Source: Cyanidioschyzon merolae | Taxonomy: Eukaryota | NCBI GenBank assembly: GCA_000091205.1 | Contig: AP006495.2 | Length of the DNA: 64,000 bases | Reading direction: 5' to 3' (one strand) | In this document: in pieces, positions 33,164-43,342 of the stretch | How positions within the stretch are numbered: the first letter of the stretch is position 1 | How the letters are laid out: each line of letters starts with the position of its first letter | Notes under the pieces: model-generated | Seen by the model: the letters and a program-made list of their open reading frames with translations, nothing else | Databases searched by the model: none | What the model was told of the DNA's origin: nothing | Program-made: the position numbers and the translations under genes

Positions 33164-35080
33164 ATGTCGGAAGTGACACTGATGAACGGTGTAAACTCGG
33201 CCCTGGTCGACGAACTGGTTGAAGAACACGTACAAGTACGGAAAGAGTACGGATCGCAACCAAAGTGTACAGTGCTAGAGCGAGTTCGTCAAGCGCTGCA
33301 GCAGGTCGATGTCGATGAACTTTGCCATGGCGAGCTTGCTCGAACCAGAGTTGGCGAGCGAGCTCTTCGTGTTTTCCATAACGAGCCGAATCTTTTGATG
33401 GGTTTACGAAAAGCGGCTCTAGCGGATCTGATACAACGGGAGCAGAAACGCGAGCGTCTTGCAGCGAGCGGGGATATCCAGAACCCGGTGCCGTGGACGA
33501 AAGTGCTCGAGTATTTGCGGCGCCCGACGCTGCTTGAGGAGGCGCTCGAGCTACACCCGGACGCTTTCGGCCACTTTAAGCAGATGCTACGCTTGATTCT
33601 GGATGATGCGGCGGTCGCGCGTACGCTCAGTCAGGAGAAGGATGCGATTGTTGAAAGCGTAACGGAGTTGTATCGTTGTTGCACGCCGATCCAGGTCTGC
33701 TCGCCAACGACGCTTGATGGCGATCATCGAGTGATGAAGGAATCCCTAGGCTATGATTGCATCCCACTGACACGACTTGAGGCTGTTCTCTACTATCTGG
33801 AACGCTATCGGGGGCGTGACTACCACCCAGACCAGGCGGCGGCGGCGGCGGCAGCAGCAGCTGGTGGTGGTGGTGGTGGTGGTGGTGACTCGACCCCGGT
33901 CCGGCGCATCGAGGCTCCACGCAAAGCCGAGCGTGTCGCCCCCGACAGCGACGTCATCAGCAAGGAAGAGAAGAAAGCGCTCCAGATCTGTCACGATGCG
34001 CTGGGAATATCTCAGTACTCTCTGGAATTGCTTCGATCTTATGTGAATGATTGGTGGGAAAGACCTCCCTCTGTCCGAGAGGCCCTGCCTCAGGTAGTTC
34101 TGCTGGAGTCCACGCGAACCGCTTTGCAACCTGAACTCCAGTCCGCGATCAAGACGTATGCACAGGAGCGACTTGGGCTCTTGAAGCGGGTCCGCGCACT
34201 CATCGAGCGTGGCGACTGGGCAGGGGTCGCGGAAATTACGCCCGCACACGATGCGGAACATATATTACCCATGCCGGGGTTACGAATAGAAACGCCCAGG
34301 TCTCCCTGGATTCTGAATTTTGTGCTGCTGTACATTCAGGCGCTACACGAGTTATCACTTGGTGAGTATGTTTCTCGACTTGCCTCGATAGCCCTGAACT
34401 CGCCAATGCTGTGGGCGATGTTTCGGCGCCTCGTAAGATTTCTCGTTCTTGCAGAGTACGAACGGGGCGCTGTGGCGGCCGACTCCGTACCCCGTCAGTG
34501 CCAGGTGCACGAGCGCCTTCCGCAGGACTTGTGCGTTGCCATTGCGAGCGCCGTCTGTTCGAGGGCATTAGGGACGAACTCCCCGCTTCGCACTCGCCTC
34601 GAATCTGATCTAGCCATGCGGCACGAGTGGTTGCAAAAAAGCGCACTGCGCACCGAGGAGCCGCTTTGGCATGAACAATGCTTACTCATTAGTGAAATAG
34701 AGCAGATTAATGTATTAGAAATGCCAATCCTCGATGAGCGACAGCTCTCTGCCGCAATACGCACATCCTATTGCTCCAGACTGGGCTGGTTGCAAGCGCG
34801 CTTAAGTTACCTCCTGAGCGATTCCGAGGCACCAGAACCGCTTCTGGTATCAAATCGCCTCGAGCTGATCCCCGACGACTCGAGAGATCACCAGGGTGCC
34901 CTGCATACGTCCGACTCGGAAACGAGTGCCGACATTGACGAGGAATTAGTTTCCGTGATTATGGAGTTTACTGACGTGACGCGCGCAGGAGCCATCTTCA
35001 TTCTGCAAGAGTACATGCGCCAGAATCCCGGCGGACGCATGTCCAACGCTCAGGAGATCCTCGACCGCCTCTTTCCCTAA
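33164..35080 (+). CDS. Hypothetical alpha-helical protein (about 640 aa) with a C-terminal UBA/CUE-like domain and an internal poly-Ala/poly-Gly tract
   Basis: The C-terminal 45 aa, EELVSVIMEFTDVTRAGAIFILQEYMRQNPGGRMSNAQEILDRLF, resemble UBA-like/UBX-N type ubiquitin-associated folds. A(9)G(10) is encoded by (GCG/GCA)n(GGT)n at about 33828-33895. The track ORF begins at 33077 with GTG. The first ATG is at 33164 (MSEVTLMNG...). Confidence 0.6.
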   Translation: MSEVTLMNGVNSALVDELVEEHVQVRKEYGSQPKCTVLERVRQALQQVDVDELCHGELARTRVGERALRVFHNEPNLLMGLRKAALADLIQREQKRERLAASGDIQNPVPWTKVLEYLRRPTLLEEALELHPDAFGHFKQMLRLILDDAAVARTLSQEKDAIVESVTELYRCCTPIQVCSPTTLDGDHRVMKESLGYDCIPLTRLEAVLYYLERYRGRDYHPDQAAAAAAAAAGGGGGGGGDSTPVRRIEAPRKAERVAPDSDVISKEEKKALQICHDALGISQYSLELLRSYVNDWWERPPSVREALPQVVLLESTRTALQPELQSAIKTYAQERLGLLKRVRALIERGDWAGVAEITPAHDAEHILPMPGLRIETPRSPWILNFVLLYIQALHELSLGEYVSRLASIALNSPMLWAMFRRLVRFLVLAEYERGAVAADSVPRQCQVHERLPQDLCVAIASAVCSRALGTNSPLRTRLESDLAMRHEWLQKSALRTEEPLWHEQCLLISEIEQINVLEMPILDERQLSAAIRTSYCSRLGWLQARLSYLLSDSEAPEPLLVSNRLELIPDDSRDHQGALHTSDSETSADIDEELVSVIMEFTDVTRAGAIFILQEYMRQNPGGRMSNAQEILDRLFP

Positions 35081-35929
35081 GTCTTCCGAATATATCGCAT
35101 GCTTCAGAGGTACCCGGCATCGCTCGAAATTTCGATTATATCGCCTCTTTCTGAGACGCATTATACCGTTGAAGGTATGTGCGCTGCTGTCCCGGTGCGG
35201 CGCGAGGCGACCGCGTATCCCACGGTGTACGGCGGGTTCTCGCGACGGCGCAACCGCGTCGCGAGAAGATGAACACAGCGGATATGCTGCATATTCTTCC
35301 GGGTATCTGAATGCAACGACCGAGGCGTTTGTATCTGCTATATTTGCTAATACTGCAAATCATCAGCAGAGGCACACAGCATCTGGCTCCATTCCTCGTC
35401 GTTATCGTCGTCGCTGTTGTATTCAGGGCATGCAAGAGTGCAAAGCTTGCTCCGAGCATACATTGACGCCACCGTGCCTGTGTGTGACGAAGCGTCTACA
35501 TCCGATACGAAATTTTCTTCTACATGACGACCTGCTTCTTTTGATAACTGGTTCAGCTCTGGAGAGCTGCGTATGCCTTGAGCTCCTGGATCGGAAGCAC
35601 TGGCGCTTGCTCGAACTCGTTAAAGCGCGCTCGCCGATGCTCGTCAGCGGTGATGATGGTAAAACTTGCCAAGGGATAGCCAATAGTTCCAGATGCTTCC
35701 ATCATAGCTTTCTTGAGCTGAAAGCAACTCGCTATCCGCTGTTGGTTGAATATCCCTGCTGAAGATGCCAAGGCTAGCGCTTTCCGTGGATAGATTCGGA
35801 CGGGAGAGATAGCGGTTTGCAGTCGCAATGCGCTCGGTGAAACCAAGCACTCGGGTATTCGTCGGTTCAGTGCAAGCTCCACTGGCTACTCTATTGTCTG
35901 TCAGCGTGACGGACTCTTTAACTGATATC

Positions 35930-36110
35930 GTAAAGCGAGCCGCTATTCAAACGCTTTTCCGTGTTTCTGCGATTGGCTACTTTTTCCAACCGTCGGTCTG
36001 GAATACGAAAGCAAGCCGCTACACACACGCTTTTCGTGCAAGTGCGAACGGCTTTTTTCCCGCCTGCCCGCTCGACACGGGAAAGCGAGCCGCTGTAAAG
36101 ACGCATTCCA
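35930..36110. repeat. Degenerate tandem repeat of about 75 bp, 3 copies, core aaagcgagccgct...acgcttttc.gtg
   Basis: The core recurs at about 35933, 36012 and 36083. The overlapping + ORF 35828..36244 shows the matching peptide periodicity (KRAAIQTLFRVSAIGYF / KASRYTHAFRASANGFF / KRAAVKTHS). Lies 3' of the LYR gene. Confidence 0.55.
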
Positions 36111-36209
36111 TACTTGTGCCCAGTGCTCGTGCTGCGTTAAACCTCCAGGGCAACGTCCCGTACCGAGGAAAGTTTCCGCAAGAGAGCCAGGTCTATTATG
36201 CCTGCTCAC

Positions 36210-36479
36210 TCACAGTTGAACGAACCAGTCTTTCTGCTTGCTAGGTTTTGAGGGGTCCTCGGCGTCGCGAGTTCCACGCCAGACTGAGAGCCTTTGGAGC
36301 TCGCATACCGCGAGTCGAAGCTGCTCTTCGGTTGCCTTTGGGTCTAGGTGACGGTTTCGCCGAAACTCCTCCCTTATAGCTTGGTATACAGCCTGGCGTC
36401 GGATGGAGGGATAGTGACTTGCCGCCCGGAGTAGCTTCCGATACAGTTCAAGGACCACTAGGCGCTGTGTCGAGCTCAT
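36210..36479 (-). CDS. LYR-motif (Complex1_LYR family) protein, ISD11/LYRM-like, 89 aa
   Basis: MSSTQRLVVLELYRKLLRAASHYPSIRRQAVYQAIREEFRRNRHLDPKATEEQL aligns with human LYRM4 [48 protein letters not shown]. L-Y-R tripeptide with a downstream F. Real ATG. Confidence 0.8.
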   Translation of the reverse strand: MSSTQRLVVLELYRKLLRAASHYPSIRRQAVYQAIREEFRRNRHLDPKATEEQLRLAVCELQRLSVWRGTRDAEDPSKPSKQKDWFVQL

Positions 36480-37009
36480 TCACCACCCAAGGAACCCCGT
36501 GGCTTCACAGCATTGGTAGCTTCCAGACTTGACCGAGGTGTAAAAGGAATGTGCGCACGGCAGACGGGGCGCTGACGCCGCACGAGTTCGCACACGAACG
36601 AGCGAGACGGAAATAGGAATTCGTTGCGCTGGAATGTGGATAAATGTTTTCGGTTTTCGCACTGCGACGCGGATGATCTTGAAGTATGTTGCAACATCTC
36701 ATGGAGTGTAGAAGAAGTTTATGGAGCTACCGGTTTTCCCGGTCGGTGGACCACGGTTCATGGTGGTTACGAACACGCGGTCGCTCACCGATACCTATGG
36801 CGGTATCAAATGGAACAGGACCACTTGACTAGCTCTGGCTTACACCGTATACCCATTTCAGAAAGACAGATAACAGCTGCTCTAACATGGGCGTGCATGC
36901 TGCACTTCTGGTGGCATCCAGATGGCATCAGCACAAGCCTTTATTGGCTTTTTCTCTGACTGGTTCCTTTTCGTGTTCTTTTTTGTCTCGAGTTTTAATT
37001 CGACGGTCA

Positions 37010-37455
37010 GGCCTGTCCATCCCGCTCCGTTTCCAAAAGTCGAATGATGTTCACAGCAGCGTTAGAGATCCGACTGCGCTGCCTCGGGCTGTTGTCGACG
37101 CAGTTCACGCAGAAGCCAGATTTGCGATCAACGCTTCGATAGCCATTGGTCATCTTCTGTGTGTACACAGCCTTGATGCATCCTTCGCAGCGGTGATAGT
37201 TGGCTCTAGTCAGATGTTCCTATAAATGCAGCATCGTCCATCTTAAGAAAGGCCTCCCTGTGGCGTGCGAACGCTCGCCTTCTCGCTCGGTACATGCCCT
37301 CTTCGCGTACAGAAGGCTAACCTGCCTGCATTCCTACGTGTTTGCGCCCGGCGCTGCATCCCACTGTAAGGGGCTTCTGCAGGGCGTATCCCTTTGACGA
37401 GTACGCTGTCCGCTGCACGAGCAAGCGCATGCTGTTCCATTCGATGCTGCATGAT
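37010..37455. repeat. Dispersed repeat family, copy B (about 440 bp)
   Basis: Partner of 31650..32090. See that entry. Confidence 0.8.
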
Positions 37456-39046
37456 CCGAATCTTCGCGCGCTCCTCTTTTCTGTGCACTCTTCCAATAAA
37501 TCATGTCGATTATCGTGCCGGGCTTCGAGGTATCTTAATCACCACTTTGCATCCTTTTCATACGTTCTATCCACTCATGGCAATGTGTCCTGGGGTTCTG
37601 CGACGCTGTTCTTCTTCCCTTGCTCGCTGGTCGGACACTTTTCTCATTTGTTCGCTTCCGCTGATGCAAAGATGACTTGCGTTTCAGTGGAACTTACGAC
37701 TGAAGGTCCAAGCAGCAGTTTCCAGGCTCGTAACTCGAGAGCACCGTCGCTTACCACATGGAGATTGGACTTCTCTTCGGATCTTACTGAAGCACAGGTG
37801 TAGATGTTTGCTCTCCACAGAACCTAGCAGATGCAGGTCACATTTCGGAGCAAACTCTCCAGGGCATGCGTCTTAACTGCTCGTTGTTTCTCCATGTATT
37901 GCCTCTGATGGTCAGGGGTGCATTAGCGATCTGAAACGGTGATGAACTGTGTAGTTAGTTCGCTAACGATGCTGATGGATACCCCAACAATACAGTCTCA
38001 ATGGAAAACAATAAATCTCCAAGCCGTTACAAAAAAAATTGAATATCTAACCTTTTCCTACATCTGTACATCTGTTTTTGCATTCAGTCGCTTGTCGCTC
38101 CTATGGTGCTTCATGAGTTCCTTCGAATCTTGGTACGGAAGCAGCATGGCTCGCTTCGGGAGCTCGATATTGGGATCAGCTCTTCTTCTTCAGCAGTTTC
38201 GTAATCCACGGGACGAATCGACTTCGCCTTTCCGAGGCCGTATGCCTTCTCAGCGAAGAAAAAACAGAACGATCAAAAACTTGAAAATCTGTGGTTTAGA
38301 CATACGCTCCGTAGGAGAAGCAGAAAGTTGGAAGCATGTGCATTCGATTTGGATCATGACGTTGGTTATTTCGTGAACCCCTGGTCGCGGCGTTGCGAGT
38401 CATCCTGATTCTGGTGATGTCACGAAATCCAGCGGCAAAGCGTCGAAGGCGTCACCCAGAAAAGTCAGTTGGGAATCTTCACGCTACAGAGATGTTTGTG
38501 AGCTCTGGCTGCCACACGTCGAGCGTCGAGACGACGCGTCTAAAAAAATTCGCAAGGGTCAGTGTGAGTGGTTTAGTGTTCCTTTCTAGTCTGGCAGAGG
38601 CGTAGGCCGGTCAGCTACGGGAAGCACCGTCCCTGAACACACACCCGATCCCGACTGCAGGGACTGCCGTCAGAGAGCCCCAAGCCAGAGCTCGCGCATG
38701 GACGGTAGGTTTGATCGGCCTAGTGTCCCGCTACAGGTCGTACGGATACAGGACGGCTTTTCATTGCGATGAAGGACCTGGTTTCATGTCACCTGTGAAG
38801 CAACGCAAGCCGATAAACAAGTAACGAGCAAACGGCGCCGTCGTTGTTGATTGCCACACGGACCTAATCGCAGACTGAAATCGGCAACCAGGACACAGTT
38901 CTTGCTCCGGTTATCAGCAGCGCTTGTGGACACGGTAGCGTCCGATCAAATTCGCGGAACTCTGTCGTTAAAAGGCACCAAAGCTCGACGCGGGACACAC
39001 GCCTCTGCGTTGGTGCACGCGAAGAGCTTGGCGCTTGAGCTGCTGC

Positions 39047-39068
39047 TGCTGCTGCTGCTGCTGCTGCC
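39047..39068. repeat. (CTG)n trinucleotide microsatellite, about 7-9 units
   Basis: gagctgctgctgctgctgctgctg(ctgctg)cccg, read directly. The two readings differ by a dinucleotide, and that stretch sits at a line boundary. Gives poly-Leu / poly-Ala in spurious ORFs. Confidence 0.85.
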
Positions 39069-39748
39069 CGCCACTTGCTTTGGATTTCAGAGAAATAATA
39101 CCTTCCGTTTATATATGCTGGTTGTGAACGTACCAGATATGCCCTACGGCAAAACCGAACTTTCCGTCCCCTGTCAAGTGGAAACCGCCATTCCGGCAAC
39201 TACGCTGCTTATCGATAGCTCGAAGTTGCCTCCTTCGTGCTTCTTTCCGCAGGGGCCACAGCGCACCGCAGTACGGGGAATGCAGCGGTGCGGGTATGAC
39301 GCGCCTCTGTTCAAGGTGGGTTGTGTGCGCAGAGCAGCCCGCGCCACGCTTCACCCTCTCGCGTTAGCGGTTAGACTACATTGAGGGCGGGTATTGGGTG
39401 AGCGTGCACCCCGCATTCCCCCTGTGTCTCCGACTCAGTAACGCTTCCATGCTTGCGCCAGTTTCACATGTGCGTGCCGCCGCCTTCCGCATTGCACTGC
39501 AATCTCACGGCTCGTTTTGTTATGCAGATGGCATCTCGCCGGCGTAACGATAATCGAAATGACTCGCGCACTCGATGTGATACGACTCTGGGAGAGATGC
39601 AGCCCCGACTTGACAGAGGCGCGCCCCCAACATCAGCACGGCGGAATCAGCGGGCCAACGTCTTAGCTTGTCTGCCCATGAGGCGCCCGCTTGCACCTGT
39701 CCTTCCTTTCCGGTTGCGCCGCTGTACACCAGCTCGAATCGTCGTTAT

Positions 39749-41050
39749 CTAATGCATCATCGCAGCAGCTTCTTGCATCACCAGTCTGGAGCCGGTGCCG
39801 CTGCCCACCACCACGGTGGAGGGGCCAGAGCTCGCCATCGGAGAGGCGACTGGACCCACTACCGTCGTTCCATCTGTAGAGGTCGTCGATCCACTCGAGG
39901 AAGATCCGTATGAGCTGCCGCTGCTGCCGGTAACGACGATGCCACCGCTGCTGCCGCTGCTGCCGCTGCTGCCGCTGCTGCCGGTAACGACGATGCCACC
40001 GCTGCTGCTGCTGCTGCTGCTGCTGCTTCCTGAAGACGGCTCCAGCTCAGTTTGAACCGGCTGCTGCTGGCCAGAGTTCTGGCTGTAAGGGTTGAACGGC
40101 TGCACCTGCTGCTTCGGGTAGTACTTCTTGTAATAACTCTTGTTGTAGTTGAACGGCCCAAAGACAGCAGTTGCGTTCCATCCGCTGGGAAAGTTGACCA
40201 CCGGATTCTTGTAGTAGCACCATGGAATATCCTGAGTCTGATACTTTTGCTGGAGGTACGGAGGCAGCAATATGGGATCGAAGCAGCAGTTACGCTCCAA
40301 GCACTGTTGCTCAGAAATGCCTGGGAAACCGCAGTTCTGGCGCTCCCGATAGGTGACGTTGCAGGTCATGAGCGGTTGATAGCAGAAGCCGTAGCTGTTG
40401 CCGAAGAAATTCACCTTCTGCTGCTTCTGCAGAGACTGACTGCTCGGGATAGAATCCTCATATGTCAGGTTCGGGTTCTGCTCCCAGCAGCAGCCCTGTG
40501 CCTCGCAATCCAGCTGGTTCATGTTATTCCAGCCGGAGTAGCATGGAACCTTGTAGTCGCCAACATTACAGCTCACATTGGGAAGTTGCTGCTGCGGTGG
40601 AGGCGAGTAGCCCACTGGAGCATAGCACCAGGGCCCGACCTCCGTCGGTGGAAGGGGATTCCAGCAGCCACCCTGCTGCAGACACTCTGCCGGAGTGATC
40701 TGCGGATAGCCGATCGCGACACGGTCGGCTGCGGAAATATTACAGATGGAGGTCGGCTCGTACGAGACGCAAACACCGTCTCCATTGTAGTTGAATCCCC
40801 AGTTCACCTGAGTCTGCCAGCAGCACTGGTAGTCGAAGCACTTCTGCTGGTCATTGCCAGCGTCACCACAGAGATAGATCGAGCAGGTTGTTCCAATATA
40901 GGTCGAGTTCAGGGAGCTCCACCGCTCCAGGTTGGAGTCCACCAGCATGGACGGCGCTGCGTTGACGCCGCCCATGGCGGCCACCATACACAGCAGCGCG
41001 AGCACTGCTGCTGCTGCCGCCGCTGAGATGAAAGAGAATAACTTACGCAT
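39749..41050 (-). CDS. Secreted multi-trefoil (P-domain) protein with a Ser/Gly/Thr-rich mucin-like C-terminal tail
   Basis: Real ATG. N-terminal signal peptide MRKLFSFISAAAAAAVLALLCMVAAMGGVNA. One module matches the PROSITE trefoil pattern exactly: RQNCGFPGISEQQCLERNCCFD, that is [KRH]-x2-C-x-[FY]-x3-[ST]-x3-C-x4-C-C-[FW]. Three further degenerate modules: KCFDYQCCWQT, GYPQITPAECLQQGGCWNP, CYSGWNNMNQLDCEAQGCCWEQ. The C-terminus is SSGSSSSSSSSSGGIVVTGSSGSSGSSGSSGGIVVTGSSGSS..., encoded by a (GCT/GCC)n microsatellite. Confidence 0.75.
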   Translation of the reverse strand: MRKLFSFISAAAAAAVLALLCMVAAMGGVNAAPSMLVDSNLERWSSLNSTYIGTTCSIYLCGDAGNDQQKCFDYQCCWQTQVNWGFNYNGDGVCVSYEPTSICNISAADRVAIGYPQITPAECLQQGGCWNPLPPTEVGPWCYAPVGYSPPPQQQLPNVSCNVGDYKVPCYSGWNNMNQLDCEAQGCCWEQNPNLTYEDSIPSSQSLQKQQKVNFFGNSYGFCYQPLMTCNVTYRERQNCGFPGISEQQCLERNCCFDPILLPPYLQQKYQTQDIPWCYYKNPVVNFPSGWNATAVFGPFNYNKSYYKKYYPKQQVQPFNPYSQNSGQQQPVQTELEPSSGSSSSSSSSSGGIVVTGSSGSSGSSGSSGGIVVTGSSGSSYGSSSSGSTTSTDGTTVVGPVASPMASSGPSTVVVGSGTGSRLVMQEAAAMMH

Positions 41051-41974
41051 GGGTAATTGATACGTTCTGTTACGAGATGTGCACTAGGTTTCCCTGTTGA
41101 ATGCAGAGGTTTCCCAAAACGATGAAACGAGCGCTTGCTTGATTCTTTGCAGCGTCACTTGCAGTTCACGATGTGCTGGTATGCGCGAGAGCGAACGACG
41201 AGCACTTCACGTACTGAGTCACAGACACTGAAAAAGAGGCGCTTCTCAAGAGATATGATTCGGCTTGCAGTCGATCGAGCAGATGAAACCGGTCGTTTTC
41301 GATCTGGATTCAGCTTCGCTCGTAAGTGCACACGAACACTCTCGACGACGAGAAAAAACAACACACGAATGCGGAAATCCCCGCGCGCTAAGTTGAGAAC
41401 GAATAATGAAAACGATTAGCACCCTTCGAAATGGAGTGCGCGCACGACGTGTATATGGTTCCAACGGTACCCAGATACACACACACACACCGATATATCG
41501 TCACGGGAGATCTGCGATCGAGAAGAGCACAGAGCCCAAGCGCTAAATGACGACCTGCTTAGAACGCTACACGCTACAACGAAATGCTAGATGCAGCAGC
41601 TGTGGAGAGCAGAGCGTGCACAGTTCCACACACACACTCACTCACGCGATGTTTAACGACAACAACAATACCTTCTCCGCATGAATTGCTGCAACATAGA
41701 CGGATTCATGCCGTGCAAGCGGTAGCATCACGAATGGGGCCGGCCGGTCCAAAACGTATCCATAGCAGGGCCGGCGTCACCAGTTTGGCCGCGTTGCAGT
41801 GCCGGCTGCGGCCCTGCGTCGGATCCAGCGCTGGGCCAAATGGCGTTACGCGCGATCGCGCGGGTGCGATGCGCAGCGTGCGATCGATCGCGAATGGCAT
41901 GCGCAGCGCCACCCGCGACTGGTGCGCGCAGCGCTGGAGCGGGATGATCATCTTTCACCTGAATGGTGTTCCAG

Positions 41975-42380
41975 TGCAGGTGCGTGTTATCAAATGCTTT
42001 TTCGGCGGTTTACGGCAATGCGTTCCAAGTGCGTTCGTTTTGGAGACATAGATAATCCAAGGGAAAGGTATGGACAGAAAATTCGGGGATCCTGGGTAAT
42101 GTCATCGCCAGTTGCGGGAGAGAAACAAAAAAATCCTGTTCTCCCTAAACACCGAGTGAAGAAGAGCAAGTGGCGAAGAGCTAGAAGAGGCAGAACGGGG
42201 ATCGAAGGATGCGGAAAGGATTTTTCGCCCTCTTTTGGCAGACGGCTACACCAGGCACCCAGTATCCCCGAATTTTCTGTCCATACCTTTCCCTCGGGTT
42301 TCTCTAGTTCTTCGCAGGAACGCACTTCGAATGCGTCTGCCGTAAACCGCGAAAAAGCATTTCATAACGCGCACCTCGGA
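41975..42380. repeat. Foldback / long inverted-repeat element: two 125 bp arms (about 85-90% complementary) around a 150 bp spacer
   Basis: Left arm 41975-42100: ggtgcgtgttatcaaatgctttttcggcggtttacggcaatgcgttccaagtgcgttcg...gggaaaggtatggacagaaaattcggggatcctgggt. Reverse complement of right arm 42251-42375: ggtgcgcgttatgaaatgctttttcgcggtttacggcagacgcattcgaagtgcgttcc...gggaaaggtatggacagaaaattcggggatactgggt. Only about 25 bp inside the arms diverges. Confidence 0.85.
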
Positions 42381-43342
42381 TGAAGCACAGTGCAGATAAA
42401 AGAGTATAACGACGCAGGTACCTGGCCTGCTGCACGAGTGCATCCCGTAGCGGGCAGATGCTGAACCCGTCGCAAGAACGCGACATGTGCCCGCTCGGCA
42501 TGCAGAGCAGAGACGATGCGTGCGCGGGTATCTGAATGCCACCGCGCGCACGGCGGCCCAGCGCAACGAACAGGCCTGCGAACATCATTTTCGTGGATCG
42601 ATGTACGTTCCATAAAGACGTGCTATGCTCGTGAGCACTGGCAGTCTACAATGCGTACTCAAAACCTTCACGATGAAAATCCCGACAAAGTTCCCGTGTT
42701 TGCAATACCGAATCGACGGATTGTTGTCATTGGCATCGATGAACCTGAATGGACCCCATCATAGAGGTGTCCGCTTCAGGGCGTGGAATTCAAGTCTCGT
42801 TTGCATGACACATGTTCTCGTTCGCTGTTCACGACGAATTACTGGGGAATTCGGGACCATGTGGCCTCAAGAACAATATCTCATTCGGAAGACGCCAGCT
42901 TTAGACGTATCCGCGGGTCAAGGTACGCAGTTGATTATCCTCTCACCATAAATGCCGGTCCGCTCGCACATGCTTCCTCGCATGCGCAGGTGTAGTTACA
43001 TGCCTTGGCACCGCTCGGTGCATATGCCAATTGGTTGTACAGCTGTCCTCGTGGCATGCACCTGCATCCCATGATGAGCGCTCGCTTCCCCGGCCAGAGA
43101 AGCGACCATGTGACTGGCATCTAAAACATCTGACCCTGAGTGCCCTATCTGGAGAATCGTGTCAACGCGCTGCAGAGGTGCGCGAAAACGCGGAGCGATC
43201 GCTGCGAATCGGGTCCTCGCAACAAACCACGTATTCCTCAGGCTCAGTCGTAGCGCTCTCTCGGGACGGAGTGTGCAACTTGCCAAGGTTGTGCGGGCAA
43301 GATGATTTCAAATGACTCGCACTGAGCGCCACTTTTTCCGAA

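Noticed and set aside
35169-35882. Overlapping ORFs 35169..35762 (+, 197 aa) and 35553..35882 (-, 109 aa) downstream of the UBA-like gene
   Set aside because: Neither has a recognisable domain. Each is antisense to the other. Composition is Cys/Arg-rich and atypical. I could not decide which, if either, is real, so they are not reported as features.
31650-37455. Interpretation of the two 440 bp direct repeats as LTRs of an LTR retrotransposon
   Set aside because: The interior encodes ordinary host proteins (UBA-like-domain protein, LYR protein) with no gag, protease, RT or integrase signatures. No clear TG...CA termini were seen.
41799-42383. 194 aa ORF (+) and 111 aa ORF (-) over the foldback element
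   Set aside because: Both are direct consequences of the palindromic arms: the same peptide-like strings appear on both strands. No protein signature.
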